This document shows, one piece after another, positions 43,980 to 44,540 of a DNA stretch of 44,540 nt; the stretch's first letter is position 1, and each line of letters begins with the position of its first letter. The notes beneath the pieces were generated by a model. It was not told where the DNA came from. It searched no databases and was given only the letters and a program-made list of their open reading frames with translations. The position numbers and the translations under genes were made by a program. The DNA comes from a virus: the IMG/VR virus record IMGVR_UViG_3300045988_177818, positions 1 through 44,540 of that record, one strand, 5' to 3'.

Positions 43980-44083
43980 TGCGACGTGGCGGAATGGTAG
44001 ACGTAGCACTCTATGATAGGAATGTCAAACCTTAGATGTGTGGAGCTTGACAACTCGTCCCGGTTCGAGTCCGGGTGTCGCAA
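43980..44083 (+). tRNA. Oversized type-II tRNA-Leu-like gene with anticodon-loop candidate CUUAGAU (UAG)
   Basis: Acceptor tgcgacg/tgtcgca, U8, Leu-type D arm gcg-gaatggtaga-cgt. 16-nt variable arm at 44043-58. T arm cccgg-ttcgagt-ccggg. About 19 extra nt lie before the loop at 44031-37. Confidence 0.55.
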
Positions 44084-44120
44084 CATATTCATCACAGATG
44101 AAGTGTTTGTTTAGTCGTAG

Positions 44121-44151
44121 CCGGGCGGTCTGTGAAGATAGTCCGGTTTTT
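44121..44151 (+). terminator. GNRA(GUGA)-capped hairpin, copy 2, followed by T5
   Basis: ccggg-c-gg-tct-GTGA-aga-ta-g-tccgg followed by ttttt. The core is identical to 3824-3839 except for one compensated pair. Confidence 0.5.
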
Positions 44152-44176
44152 CGTGAAACCAATTAATAACAATTAT

Positions 44177-44540
44177 ATGAAAACATTTGAAGAATTAAAA
44201 GAAGAACTCTTGACCCGCGCCAAAAATGCTGGCGCATGCCAATCCGGCTACGCAATGGGTCTAAGAAGCAATACGAAAGCCGACCTGCTAAAAGCCATTA
44301 CTGAAAATTGGTTTTGGGTTTTGAGGGATGCAAAAATTATCGATGCTGAATATTTGGAGGATAACTTCACAGAAGAAGAATTATCTCAAGCTGGTATTTA
44401 TACCAAGAATACTCATGAGGTTAGAACCTCTTCATTTGCCTGCGGCAGTGCAACGGTGGAAGCCTGCGGCAGTGCAACGGTGGAAGCCTACGACAGTGCA
44501 ACGGTGAAAGCCTACGACAGTGCAACGGTGAAAGCCTACG
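44177..44540 (+). CDS. 5' part of the octapeptide-repeat protein (open at the window end)
   Basis: ATG at 44177. MKTFEELKEELLTRAKNAGACQSGY... runs without a stop into the 24-nt repeats. Confidence 0.65.
   Translation, partial: MKTFEELKEELLTRAKNAGACQSGYAMGLRSNTKADLLKAITENWFWVLRDAKIIDAEYLEDNFTEEELSQAGIYTKNTHEVRTSSFACGSATVEACGSATVEAYDSATVKAYDSATVKAY
44446..44540 (+). repeat. Four 24-nt units (the last is 23 nt) of the same array as 1-168
   Basis: 44494-44540 is identical to 1-47. Confidence 0.95.

Larger units (their letters stand above)
1..44540. mobile_element. Complete siphovirus-like temperate(-derived) phage genome, circularly closed or terminally redundant (unit length about 44,493 nt)
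   Basis: The full packaging, head, tail, lysis, replication and integration gene set is present. Nt 1-47 equal nt 44494-44540. No host housekeeping genes are seen. Confidence 0.8.

Noticed and set aside
1-44540. Stop-codon reassignment, prompted by the odd tRNA-like genes
   Set aside because: All large genes (the 1380-aa TMP, the 999-aa Tal and others) are uninterrupted in the standard code. None of the loop candidates reads as CUA, UCA or UUA in a canonical loop context.
1-44540. A diversity-generating retroelement or invertible shufflon near the tail-fibre genes
   Set aside because: I could see no reverse transcriptase, no template/variable repeat pair, and no invertase. The only inverted element near the fibre is the dyad promoter motif.

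Overview
The window reads as one complete, circularly closed (or terminally redundant) genome of about 44.49 kb. It looks like a temperate-derived siphovirus-like phage of a Bacteroidales host. Nt 1-47 are identical to nt 44494-44540, and one ORF runs in phase across that junction. Layout: (a) A plus-strand early/replication-recombination arm runs from about 40.9 kb through the junction to about 9.8 kb. It holds an excisionase-like HTH, repeat proteins, a Sak4-like ATPase, a PD-(D/E)XK nuclease, an SSB-like protein, NinB/NinG-like proteins, an SF2 helicase, a DUF4373 initiator, a DnaC-like loader, ASCH and MazG-like genes. (b) A minus-strand late arm runs from 36.0 kb down to 10.2 kb: terS, terL, portal, scaffold, decoration, major capsid, connectors, major tail, G/GT chaperone, tape measure, Dit, Tal, tail fibre, holin/amidase/spanin-like lysis genes. 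(c) A lysogeny/accessory island lies at 36.0-40.8 kb: tyrosine integrase, a truncated cI-like repressor fused to a DUF3800 fragment, and orphan genes. (d) A moron island (lipoprotein, yefM-yoeB, one orphan) is inserted between the tail chaperone and the tape measure. The main non-obvious signals are listed here. (1) A 26-nt dyad occurs four times, each exactly 40 nt from a -7 promoter box, which looks like a late-gene regulon. (2) Three oversized tRNA-like genes carry extra nucleotides in the anticodon arm. (3) Two GC-rich, heavily base-paired non-coding blocks of about 250-300 nt (39.6-39.9 kb and 41.9-42.2 kb) sit next to these. (4) A covarying GNRA-capped hairpin occurs twice. (5) 11-nt phased iterons lie inside the initiator gene. 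(6) There is a canonical -1 G/GT frameshift. All functional names come from motifs I recognise by eye. No database search, tRNA scanner or folding program was run.
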